Assembly (NCBI RefSeq): GCF_963921235.1
Contig: NC_086097.1
Span: forward strand, 107,262,001-107,326,000
Source of the DNA: Mobula hypostoma
Taxonomy: Eukaryota
Length of the DNA: 64,000 nt
Direction of reading: 5' to 3'
The position numbers and the translations under genes are program-made. The notes under the pieces are model-generated. The model ran no database searches and was not told the origin of the DNA. It saw only the letters and a program-made list of their open reading frames with translations. This document shows, piece after piece, positions 37,991 to 49,976 of this stretch; position 1 is the stretch's first letter, and each line of letters starts with the position of its first letter.

Positions 37991-38840
37991 AATACAGAGA
38001 ATTTTAGACTGAGGTCCGGGTCATATAGGGACCAACAAAATGACCCCATGCATTTATGCCATCATATTAACCACCTGACAAAGGCAAAAGTACAATTTGT
38101 GAATTCAGGTCAATAATGGGACAATTTTCTGGAAAATTCTTCTCTGAGATAAGATCACAGAAATACTGATGTTTTTCAGGGCTGATGTGAGTTTCTGGAT
38201 TCCATGTCAACAGGAAACAGGTCATGCTGTCACTTTGCAGCTACTGTCTGTAAAAATCTGCCGCACACCTAATGTCCAGCAGATGTGACCATTGAATATA
38301 TCATGCAATTCATTTGCCTGTAACCAGAAGACTTTCATTCTGTGCCACACTGCTGGGTCAACTGCATTGCATTTAAGGAATAACAGCAAATCACCAAGAT
38401 GGCTTTGAAGGCATCAAGAGCTCTCTGCTGCCTAATGAGTTCAGTTTGCAAACCTCATGAAGAGTATTTAGTATCCAACAGGATTGCATATAATGTCTTA
38501 TGGAGCAGAACACTGGTGTGATGAAAAGAAATATATCTGCTGCCCAGGCTGTGTTGGGGGAATCCTCCAGTACTCAGAACAGCATGTATCATGATTGTTG
38601 TTCATCATGGAAACATTACAGCACAGAGGGTGGCCGTTAGCTGTTGAGTTCATACTCCCTCATAAAACAATCCACTCAGTTCCATTCCCCGATTGCACCC
38701 CCATTGTCTTGCAAGTTTATTTCCCTTGTGTGCCTATCCAACATCCTTTTAAAATCATTGATTAACTCTGCTTTCACTTATTAAGGGCAGCTGGTTCCAG
38801 ATAGTTGTGTTTGTTTGTTGTTCCAGATTCAATTATCTGT

Positions 38841-39383
38841 GCAACACACACAAAATGCTGGTGGAACGCAGCAAGCGAGGCAGCATCTATAGGAAGAGGT
38901 ACAGTCGACGTTTCGAGCTGAGACCCTTCATCAGGACTAACTGAAAGATGAGATAGTAAGAGATTTGAAAGTGGGAGGGGAAGGGGGAGATCCCAAATGA
39001 TAGGAGAAGACAGGAGGGGGAAGGGATGGAGCTAAGGGCTGGAAAGTTGATTGGCAAAAGGGATACAGAGCTGGAGAAGGGGGAGGATCATGGGATGGGA
39101 GGCCTAGGGAGAAAGAAAAGGGGAGGGGAGCACCAGAGGAAGATAGAGAGCAGGCAAGGAGTTATTGTGAGAGGGACAGAGAGAGAGGGGGGGGAGAGAG
39201 AGAGAGAAAAAAGGGAAAAATAAATAAATAGATACCGGATGGGGTAAGAAGGGGAGGAGGGGAATTAACGGAAGTTAGAGAAGTCAGTGTTCAATACAAC
39301 AGGTTGGAGGCTCCCAGACGGAATATAAGGTGTTTTTCCTCCAACCTAAGTGTGGCTTCATCTTGACAGCAGAGGAGGCCACA
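38841..39383 (-). mobile_element. Penelope-like 3' fragment
   Basis: Homologous to about 31928-32430. Confidence 0.88.
38903..38938 (-). ncRNA. Minimal hammerhead ribozyme, variant
   Basis: AGUC-CUGAUGA-A-GGGU(CUCA)GCUC-GAAA-CG-UC/GACU. Confidence 0.8.
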
Positions 39384-40555
39384 CTCAATTTTCAATTATC
39401 TGTAGTCTCTTCTGTCTCCAGAATATTAAAACCTGCTTTGTTAAAAAAATCTCTCCCTCACATCCAATTCGTATGTCATGCCCAAAAGCATAAATACTAT
39501 CGTAAATACCATTAGCTAATGAGAACAGCTTTTTATTATTGCTTTTCTCAACCTTGTACATTGCTGTCACATTTCCCTTCAATGTTGCAGGAAGAACAGG
39601 TCCAGTGTCTTCTACCTAACCTTGGAGTCAGTCATCTCTGAAGCAACTCAACGGTTTTTCTCTGCAGCCTCCAAAGACTTTTACACATTTCCTTCATCAC
39701 TTCCACCATGCCTATGACCCATACTATACATTGAATTGATTCCATTATACCTTCTGACTTGCTTGAATTGAGGGGGAGCTTTGAAGGTGATACTGTCTCA
39801 CAGTGACAGTGTCTCACAACATTTCTGTCCTAATTTTCAGTTGTTGGTGTTGCAGAGCCAAATAAAAACCTTATTCAACTCCTGCTGGTTAAGGATACCA
39901 GCCAGAGTTCTGTTATCAACTACAGAGTGTTGAGTTCCCAAATTCTCCTTCAGCTGTATCCTCCCAGATTCAGCAGTAGCCTCCCAGATCCTATGGTACA
40001 TAACCTTGGGAAATTTTGTTTAAAGGCAAAGAAGCTGAAGGGACCATATATAAAGAAATAGTCAAGAACTTAAGTACCTTGCTGTGTATTTCCAGCTTCT
40101 GCTGATTATTTTCTGTATTTTCTTATGATACTATGAATGTCACCATCAAGATTGGTGCAAAAGCATAACTGAAGCTGATGAAAACTATTTTGAGATCAAG
40201 CTGTCAAGTGGAAATGAATTATTAAGTTTATAACTTGACACATCTGACTATTACAGAGATGAACTATTACTGAATAAAATAAAGAGATACAAAGAGGGGG
40301 TAGAAGGACCACATTTTTTGCACCAGTTTGGCTCAGTTTGTGATATTGTTATGTCCAAGGCAACGCTACAATATGGATACATCATGTAATATCAAGAGAA
40401 GCCCACATGGTTGAAACATTTTAATGTCAATTTGACATTAAAGGTATAGGACTACTCAATGAATTGCAAGTTCGCCCTGCAATATTTATTTAAGTTGACG
40501 TTTCAGGTACTTACCTGCCAGCAGTTTATTGCTTTTCATAGGAAATGTAAGGTTG

Positions 40556-40753
40556 ATAAGGTTGGAAGCCAAGTCATTGGGTATATTTAAGGCAGAGTTT
40601 GATAGATTCTTGATTAGTCAGGGCATGAACGGATACGGGGAGAAGGCAGGAGATTGGGGCTGCAAGGGAAAGTGGCTCAGCCATGATGAAATGGTGGAGC
40701 AGACTCGATGGGCCAAATGGCCTAATTCTGCTCCTGTATCTTATGATCTTATG
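40556..40753 (+). mobile_element. CR1 3' end
   Basis: EAKSLGIFKAEFDRFL and a TCTTATGATCTTATG tail. Confidence 0.85.
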
Positions 40754-41305
40754 GATGTAAAATTGTCCCAAAATAGTTTTCTGCTTTTCCTGCATAAAAA
40801 CAAATGATGCTGGAAATAGTCAACAGGTCAAGCAGTATCTGTGGGGGCAGAAACAAATTTAACATTCCAGGTCAGTGAGCTTTCATCAAAAATGGGACTA
40901 TTCCTTCTCCTGAAATCTGAACAGAAAAAGGGATAGGAAAATGCAACTAAGTTATCTTGGCAATCATCTGATGGTCTTAGCCCATGGTCTGTAAAAACTG
41001 AATCTTGAACTTGCCTATAGTAGAGCAATATTCATTTGGTAGTAACATGCTTTGAAAGACTTTGCAAATGCAAGGGTTTCAGAAAGACAAAGCTGATCTC
41101 TCCCCTCAGAGACAATACGTTTTTTATTATGGTCTTAAATTTGATCATTAAGATCTTAAAGGTAGGACCTTTAGATGTTTCAGTCAAGATCTGCAGATAA
41201 TTACTTGAAGAGCAGCAAAAAGGATTAGCTTCTGTCAGCTGTCAACAGTAATTTATACCCAATTTCCTAATCACTGGTCCTAGCCATTGAGTACATTTGC
41301 AAACA

Positions 41306-43966
41306 TACTTTATACTTTATTGTCGCCAAACAATTGGTACTAGATCGTACAATCATCACAGCAATATTTGATTCTGTGCTTCACACTCCCTGGATTACAA
41401 ATGTTAAATATTAAGAAAAAATTAAAAATATTTAAAATTAGTAAATATTAAAAACTTAAATTATAACTCATAAATAGAAAATAGAAAAATGGGAAGTAAT
41501 GTAGTTCAAAAAAACTGAGAGGCAGGTCCGGATATTTGGAGGGTATGGCCCAGATCCGGGTCAGGATCCGTTCAGCAGTCTTATCACAGTTGGAAAGAAG
41601 CTGTTCCCAAATCTGGCCGTATGAGTCTTCAAGCTCCTGAACCTTTTCCCGGAGGGAAGAGGGACGAAAAGTGTGTTGGCTGGGTGGGTTGTGTCCTTGA
41701 TTATCCTGGCAGCACTGGTCCGACAACATGCGGTGTAAGGTGAGTCCACGGACAGAAGATTGGTTTGTGTGATGTGCTGCGCCGTGTTCACGATCTTCTG
41801 CAGCTTCTTTCGGTCTTGGACAGGACAACTTCCATACCAGGCTGTGATGCACCCTAGAAGAATGCTTTCTACCGTGCATCTATAAAAATTAGTGAGGGTT
41901 TTAGGGGACAGGCCAAATTTCTTTAGTTTTCTCGTTAGATTCTGGACTAGTTCCTGAGGATTGGAGGGTGGCTAATGTAACCCCACTTTTTTAAAAAGGA
42001 GGGAGAGAGAAACCGGGGAATTATAGGCCGGTTAGCCTAACGTCGGTGGTGGGGAAACTGCTGGAGTCAGTTATCAAGGATGTGATAACAGCACATTTGG
42101 AAAGCGGTGAAATGATCGGACAAAGTCAGCATGGATTTGTGAAAGGAAAATCATGTCTGACGAATCTCATAGAATTTTTTGAGGATGTAACTAGTAGAGT
42201 AGATAGGGGAGAACCAGTGGATGTGGTATATTTGGATTTTCAAAAGGCTTTTGACAAGGTCCCACATAGGAGATTAGTGTGCAAACTTAAAGCACACGGT
42301 ATTGGGGGTAAGGTATTGGTGTGGGTGGAGAGTTGGTTAGCAGACAGGAAGCAAAGAGTGGGAATAAACGGGACCTTTTCAGAATGGCAGGCGGTGACTA
42401 GTGGGGTACCGCAAGGCTCAGTGCTGGGACCCCAGTTGTTTACAATATATATTAATGACTTGGATGAGGGAATTAAATGCAGCATCTCCAAGTTTGCGGA
42501 TGACACAAAGCTGGGTGGCAGTGTTAGCAGTGAGGAGGATGCTAAGAGGATGCAGGGTGACTTGGATAGGTTGGGTGAGTGGGCAAACTCATGGCAGATG
42601 CAATTTAATGTGGATAAATGTGAAGTTATCCACTTTGGTGGCAAAAATAGGAAAACAGATTATTATCTGAATGGTGGCCGATTAGGAAAAGGGGAGGTGC
42701 AACGAGACCTGGGTGTCATTATACACCAGTCATTGAAAGTGGGCATGCAGGTACAGCAGGCCGTAAAAAAGGCGAACGGTATGCTGGCATTTATAGCGAG
42801 AGGATTCGAGTACAGGAGCAGGGAGGTACTACTGCAGTTGTACAAGGCCTTGGTGAGACCACACCTGGAGTATTGTGTGCAGTTTTGGTCCCCTAATCTG
42901 AGGAAAGACATCTTTGCCATAGAGGGAGTACAAAGAAGGTTCACCAGATTGATTCCTGGGATGGCAGGTCTTTCATATGAAGAAAGACTGGATGAACTGG
43001 GCTTGTACTCGTTGGAATTTAGAAGATTGAGGGGGGATCTGATTGAAACGTATAAGATCCTAAAGGGATTGGACAGGCTAGATGCGGGAAGATTGTTCCC
43101 GATGTTGGGGAGGTCTAGAACGAGGGGTAACAGTTTGAGGATAGAGGGGAAGCCTTTTAGGACCGAGGTTAGGAAAAACTTCTTCACACAGAGAGTGGTG
43201 AATCTGTGGAATTCTCTGCCACAGCAAACTGTTGAGGCCAGTTCATTAGCTATGTTTAAAAGGAAGTTAGATATGGCCCTTGTGGCTACAGGGGTCAGGG
43301 GGTATGGAGGGAAGGCTGGGTTCTGAGTTGGATGATCAGCCATGATCATAATAAATGGCGGTGCAGGCTCGAAGGGCCGAATGGCCTACTCCTGCACCTA
43401 TTTTCTATGTTTCTATGTTTCTATGTTTCTCAGGAAGTAAAGGCACTGGTGGGCCTTCTTGGCAGTGAACTCTGCTTGGTTGGACCAAGTCAGGTCATTT
43501 GTGATATTGACCCCGAGGAACTTAAAGCTTTTGACCTATTCCACTTGCGCACCACCGATGTAAATTGGGTCGTGCGGTCCGCAACTCCTTCTGAAGTCAA
43601 CAACTAACTCCTTCATCTTGCTGACATTGAGAGATAGGTTATTATCTTCTCACCATGCCACCAGGTTCTTAATTTCCTCTCTGTACTCAAACTCTTCATT
43701 ACCTGAGATACGGCCTCCAATTGTTGTGTCATCAGCAAACTTATATATTGAGTTTGATGGAAACTTGGCTACACAATCATGGGTGTACAGTGAGTACAGC
43801 AGGGGGCTGAGTGCACAGCCTTGTGGGGCACTGGTGCTCAGAGTGATTGTAGAGGGGAGCCTGTTTCTTACAGCCTGGGTCCTGTCTGTGAGGAAGTTGA
43901 AGATCCAACTGCAGATGAAAGTGCTAAGGCCCAGGTTCCGGAGCTTAGGAATCAGTTTATTTGGAA
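41306..43966 (-). mobile_element. Rex1/Babar element interrupted by a CR1
   Basis: PQGCALSPLLYSLYTHDC, KFADDTT and PLPSGKRFRS...NSFFP. Tail AATAAAGTATAAAGTAT. Confidence 0.9.
41934..43425 (+). mobile_element. Young CR1, TTCTATGT-tail subfamily, 5' truncated with an open RT frame
   Basis: 426-aa open ORF 42046-43326. TTTCTC is duplicated at 41928-41933 and 43426-43431. Confidence 0.95.
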
Positions 43967-44496
43967 ACATCTTAGAAAAGAATGTAAAAGGAAGTGTTGG
44001 AAATGTTCCATGAATGTTCTTTAACTGGAAATTTATTTTACCCAGTGTGATGAAATGACTGATGTTTCATTAATGAGCAGATATGTATTTTTAAATGGTA
44101 ATTTGGAGACTACAATGAAACAACTGGAAGCACAACTGTGAAGCTAAATTCAGCAAATTTGACTTCTCATCGCCAAACAAAAATCAGCCCTTAGTATTGA
44201 GAAGATATAGGCTTCACTTACAGCAACTTTTAAAAATATATCTTCAGAACTGATTTTGTCTGGTGCTGGTGGGAGCCTGACATCACTATTTCACTGACAT
44301 TACATTTCTCTTGGTTTAGTTTGATGAAAAACTATAACTTTTAAAGCTATAATTTCCCTATGAATTGATTTTTTAGTAAAAAATTTGACAGTACTGTAGA
44401 ACATCATAAATCAAAACCACACAAGGGAGATGCTTTGGTTCAGATTTAATGGACTTCACATTCTCTGTCCCCTTCAACTTTCTTTTAAGAAATATA

Positions 44497-44694
44497 CACT
44501 CAGTGGTCTTCGGCTGCTGTAGCCCATCCTCTTTTAGGTTCCATGTGTTGTGCGTTCAGAGATGCTACTCCACACACAACTGTTGTAACCCATGGTTATT
44601 TGAGTTACTGTTGCCTTCCTCTCAGCTTGGACCAGTATGGCCATTCTCCTTTGACCGCTCTCATTAACAAGATTAATAAAGTGACCACTGAGTG
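44497..44694 (-). mobile_element. Tc1-derived MITE, about 200 bp
   Basis: Perfect inverted ends TATA-CACTCAGTGGTC and GACCACTGAGTG-TATA. Interior is the reverse complement of about 17045-17210. Confidence 0.85.
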
Positions 44695-44822
44695 TATAGA
44701 GACAGTTTCTTGAGAATCAGAATCTGGTTTAATATCACTGGGATATGTCATCAAATATGTCGTTTTGTGCAGCAGTACATTATAATACATAATAAAAGCT
44801 ATAGATTAACAATAATAAAGGG

Positions 44823-44842
44823 GTGTGTGTGTGTGTGTGTGT
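44823..44842. repeat. (GT)n microsatellite
   Basis: Direct reading. Confidence 0.9.
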
Positions 44843-45240
44843 ATTTAAATAAGGAGTTAAAATTCTTTTAGGAATTTCAATTTATTTAAAAATAATAGTT
44901 GACCTATTTGCAAACATCAATATGCTCATTTATTACACCTCATCCCCCAAAAAGGACTTAATATAATGTGTTCTTTGTGCCTTATGTACAGTAAATGTTG
45001 TGTTTAGTTTTGTGTCAATAAGATCCTATTTTGATTTGCATTTACTGTATTTTACTGGCCATTTTCGTACCAAAGATAAATTTTAATTTTATTTATTTAA
45101 TTAGTCATTGGAGGGAAATTTTCTTCTGGTCATATTATAACAGTGATGTATACAATAGTGCTGAAAATTTTTTTCTTGAATAAAAGTAAAGATAGGGAAA
45201 GTTGTAAAGCAAGCCACAGTTACCCATTTTACAAAATCCT

Positions 45241-45366
45241 CAGGGAGGTGTATGGAGGGATATGGTCTGTGTGCAGGTCAGTGGGACTAGGCAGAAAATG
45301 GTTCGGCACAGCCAAGAAGGGCCAAAAGGCCTGTTTCTGTGCTGTAGTTTCTATGGTTTCTATGGA
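45241..45366 (+). mobile_element. CR1 3' tail
   Basis: GGGCC...GGCCT stem and (TTCTATGGT)n. Confidence 0.8.
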
Positions 45367-45695
45367 CATTTCCACTCTGGTTTTAATATTATCAGCACAG
45401 TGATCTGACAATTACTTCGTGGGTTAATTGCATTTGCCTAGAATTCCTTTACTTACTACTTTAGCTGATGATTTAACTGATTTTATTTTTCAAGATTAGC
45501 ACCTCCATTAAAATAGTGCATGTTTTTTATACAACCTTGTTAATTATTTGTGCAAGAGCATTTTGCATTGTAATTGAAAGATATTTTCTTCAATAAAGAA
45601 ATTACTGTAAACAATATCTAAAGGTGCTGACTAAACGTTTAAAAGTTTTGAAGGAAGTTTCCTCAAAAAATCCCCTTTGCTAATTATTATAAGCA

Positions 45696-45910
45696 GGCCA
45701 GTGGTGTAGTGGCATCCATACTGGACTTTGAGGTGAGTGATCTAGGGTTCGAATTCGACTGGTTTCAAATCCAGCTGGCTGGTTCCTTGCACACTTTCCA
45801 TATGTGCCAGGCTGAGCACCGAGCTAGCATCTTGGCCTCATAAAAATCAGACAAAAATACTAAAGAAACACAAGGTTGTCACCCGATGTGTCACAAGGAG
45901 TGGAGGAGAA
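45696..45910 (+). mobile_element. tRNA-derived SINE of a second family
   Basis: A-box TGGTGTAGTGG and B-box GGTTCGAATTC, with no V-domain. AT-rich flanks. Confidence 0.6.
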
Positions 45911-46179
45911 GAATTATTAATTAATTATTATTATAAATTGCTGTGGTTATTTGTTTATGGCACATTTTGCTGCAAACCATAAATTTGCATGTTCTGTAGC
46001 TTATCATAACTGTAAAAAATCAATGCACCAGTTTAAAAACAAAGTTGATAATATTACTATTTTAGATATGAATAATATGATATAGATTTGTTATTAATTC
46101 AGAAGAAACGTTTATTTATTTTTTGTTTAGAGATGCGGCAGGGTAATGGCCCAATGAGCCGGAATGGTCACTATCCAGA

Positions 46180-46555
46180 ACAACTGCAAGAGGTGATGCC
46201 TCAAAATGGCGACGTCCATCATTAAAGACCTCCATCACCCATTCATGCCTTGGTCTCAATGCTACCATCAGGAAAGAGATATGGAAGTCTGAAGGCAAAT
46301 ACTCAAAGATTCAAGAATAGTCTTCCCCTTTTCCAACCAATTACTGAATGGGCATTGAATCCATCAACATTACCTCACTAGTTTTTATTTCTATTTTTGC
46401 ATTACTTACAGTATTTAATTTAACTATTTAATATATACACACAGACTTACTATAATTCATGTTTTTTCTCTATTATTATGTATTGCATTGTACCGCTACT
46501 GCAAAGGCAACAAATTTCATGCCATATGCCGGTGATATTAAACCTGATTCTGATT
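46180..46555 (+). mobile_element. Old Rex1/Babar 3' end
   Basis: SIIKDLHHP...LPSGKRYGSL remnant and a CTGATTCTGAT tail. Confidence 0.7.
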
Positions 46556-46745
46556 ACACCCACGTGACCAATTAACCTACTAACTGGTACATCTTTGGAC
46601 TGTGGGAGGAAACCGGAGCACCTGGAGAAAACCCACATGGTCACGGGGAAAACGTCCAAACTTCTCACAGACAGTGGCAGAAATTGAACCTGGTTTGTTG
46701 GCACTATAATAGTGTAATGCTAAGCACTACATGATCAAGCCACCC
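46556..46745 (-). mobile_element. V-SINE, 5' part
   Basis: Minus strand CTCCGGTTTCCTCCCACAGTCCAAAG core and a B-box. Confidence 0.78.
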
Positions 46746-47840
46746 CTCTTAATGAATCAGACCAATCATGAATGTAAGTTTAAAGACAGAGTAGATTGGA
46801 TTGTCAAAGTAACTGTCTTAAAAAAGCTCAAAACAGTAGGCTTGGTCACATCTGTGGAAAGAGAGACAATTACATTTTCAGATCGAAGAAACTACACCCT
46901 GTTCTGCTTTATCACGACATACTATAAAGCAAGGAATGTAACTACTGTATGATGTCCCATGCACATAGCCATGATAATATCCCTAATTGGACCTTGCCTT
47001 TCCAAATGCAGATAGATCCACTCTCAGAATCTCCTCTAGTAGCTGTTATGTTCGTTGGCCTGTGGTTCCTTGGCTAGTCCTTGCAGTCCTTTCAAAAGGA
47101 AAGCACATTGGTCATACTCCAATCTTCCAGCAGCTCAGCGCTGATTATTGATAAGACCATAAGACTACAAGATATAGGAGCAGAATTAGGTCACTCAGCC
47201 CATCAAGTCTGCTCTGCTATTCCATCATGGCTGATCCTAGATCCCACTCAATCCCATTCACTTGCCTTCTTGCCATATCATTTGATGCCCTGACCAATCA
47301 GGAAACTATCAACTTTTGCTTTACATATACCCATGGTCTTTTCCTCCACAGCTGTCTGTAGTAGAGCATTCCACAGGTTCGCTGCTCTATGGCTAAAATG
47401 ATTCCTGCTTACCTCTGTTCTAAAAGGTCACCCCTCAATTTTGAGGCTGTGCTCTCTAATTCTGGACACCCCCACCGCAGGAAACATCCTCTCCATGTCC
47501 ACTCTATCTAGTCCTTTCAACATTCTGTAGGTTTCAATGAGATCCCCATGCATTCTTCTAAATTCCAGTGAGTACAGGCCCAAAGTTACCAAACGCACCT
47601 CATATGTTAACCCCTTCATTCCTAGAATATCTTCATGAACCTCCCCTGGACTCTCTCCATCCTTTCTGAGATATGGGGTCCAAAACTGTTGACAATGCTC
47701 CGTGCGGTCTGACTAAAGTCTCAACATTACCTCCCTGTTTTTATATTCTCTTCCCCTTGAAATAAATGGCAACATTGCATTTGCCTTCTTTATCCCAGAC
47801 TCAACTTGTGAATTAATCTTCTAGGAGTCTTGCATATGAG

Positions 47841-48529
47841 TGAGAAGATGGCGGCGCGACGGCAGCGTGCGCGGCCTCTCCGGTGATGAATATCTGTTAT
47901 CTGTCAAGTAGGGGACTGTGCACAATTCTGATTTGATGGAGACAGACGTGAGTGCACAGCGGAACATCAGGAAAACTTCTGAAATGTCTGCTTTGCTACC
48001 ACTGTTACTGTGTGGTAACCGGAATCTCCGGAGCTGTAGGCCTCAAAATCCTCGGCTTTGCATGTTTCAGCAGCCGGGGAGGGGTCGAAGGCACTCGGCA
48101 GAGGATGGCGCTTGGGAGGCTGTATCGGAGAGGCTGCTTGGAAGCTCGGAGTTTTCAAACGGATGGACTCAGGGTCGGCTGGGGTCGGCTGCTTCCAAGG
48201 TATCGGCAAGTTGACGGTGCCTGGAGGTTTATGGCAGGGAGTTTCTCCCTTTTGCCGCCGCTGTCGGGGCTTGGGAGTCGATCGACTCCGGGACTTTGAG
48301 ACTATTTTTTTTACTGTGCCTATGGACTGTTCTTCATCAAATTATGGTATTGCTTGCACTGCTGTAACTATATGTTATAAATATGTGGTGTTGTCAGTGT
48401 TAGTCTTTGGTCTGTCTTGTTTTCTGTGATATCATGCTGGAGAAACATTGTATCATTTCTTAATGCATGTATGCATTTCTAAGTGACAATAAAAGAGGAC
48501 TGAGTGTTCTCATAATCTATATGTTGCTT
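47841..48529 (+). mobile_element. CpG-rich non-coding insertion, putative non-autonomous retroposon
   Basis: Interrupts the CR1. TGAG occurs on both sides. Starts GAAGATGGCGGCG and has GACAATAAA near the end. Confidence 0.6.
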
Positions 48530-49976
48530 TGAGAACTCCTAAGTCCCCTTGCCTCTCTGACATTTGTATTTTCTCCCTGTTTAGATAATAGTCTCTGCAC
48601 TTCTGTTCCTTTTACCAAAATGCATTCTCATACATTTCCCAACACTGTATTCCATATACCACTTTTTTGCCCATCTTCCGATTTATCTAAGTCCTTCTGC
48701 AATCACATTGCCTCCTCAGCACTACCTACTCCTCCACCTATCTTCGTATCATTTGCAAACTTTGCCACAATGCCATTAATTCCATTACCTTAATCATTGA
48801 CAAACACTGTGAAAAGTAGCAGTCCCAATACTGATTCCTGAGGAACACCATTAGTCACTGACGACCAAGCAGAAAAGGCCCCCTTTATTCCCACTTGCTG
48901 ACTCCTGTTTTTCAGCCATTCCTCTATCTTTCCTGTAATATCACGGAATTTTATCTTGTTAGAAAGCCTCATCTGTGGCACCTTATCAAATGCCTTCTGA
49001 AAAATCCAAGGAAATGACATCCACTGCCTCTCCTTTGTCCACCCTGCTTGTTACTTCCTTGACAAACTCTAACAGATTTGACAGGCAAGCTTTCCCTTTA
49101 CAGAAACCCTGCTGAATTTGACTTACTTTATCAATACCCTCCAAATACTCTGAAACCTCATCATTAATAATGGACTCCAACACCTTCCCAGCCACTGAGG
49201 TTAGGCTAAATGGCCTATAATTTCCTTTCTTTCTCCTCCTCCCTTCTTAAAGAATGGAGTGACATTTGCAATTTTCCAGTCCTCCAGAACCATGCTGAGT
49301 CAAGTGATTCTTGAAAGATCATAACCAATGCATCTGTTATCACTTCAGCAACCTCCTGCAGAACTCTGGAATGTAGTTCATCTGGTCCGGTGACTTAGCC
49401 ACCTTAAGACCTTTCAGTTTGCCTAGCACTTTATCCTTGTAATAGCAATGGCACTCACTCCTGCTCCCTGACAACACTCATGAGCCTCTGGCACACTGCT
49501 AGTGTCTTCCACAGTGAAGGGTGATGCAAAGTACTTATTTAGTTCAATTATCATTTCTTCGTACCCCATTCCTACCTCACCAGCATCATTTTCCTGTAGT
49601 CTAATATCAACTCTCAACTCCCCTTTACTTTTTATATAACTGAAAAAACTTTTAGTATCCAGCTTTATATTATTGGCTAGTTTACCCTCTTGTTGCATCT
49701 TCTCCCTTCTTATGGTTTTTTAGTTTCCTTTTGTTGGATTTAAAAAACTTCCTAATTATCCAACTTCCACTCACTTTTGCTACCTTATCCCTCTGTAATT
49801 CCCTTTATTCTATTGTGATAGTGATACATTTGGCTTATGCTTGTCCCTCTCAAATTGCAGTATGAATTCAATCATATTATAGAAACATAGAAACATAGAA
49901 AATAGGTGCAGGAGTAGGCCATTCGGCCCTTCGAGCCTGCACAGCCATTTATTATGATCATGGCTGATCCTCCAAC

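Noticed and set aside
45696..45775. tRNA gene
   Set aside because: A and B boxes are present but I could not fold a complete cloverleaf. It fits a SINE head better.
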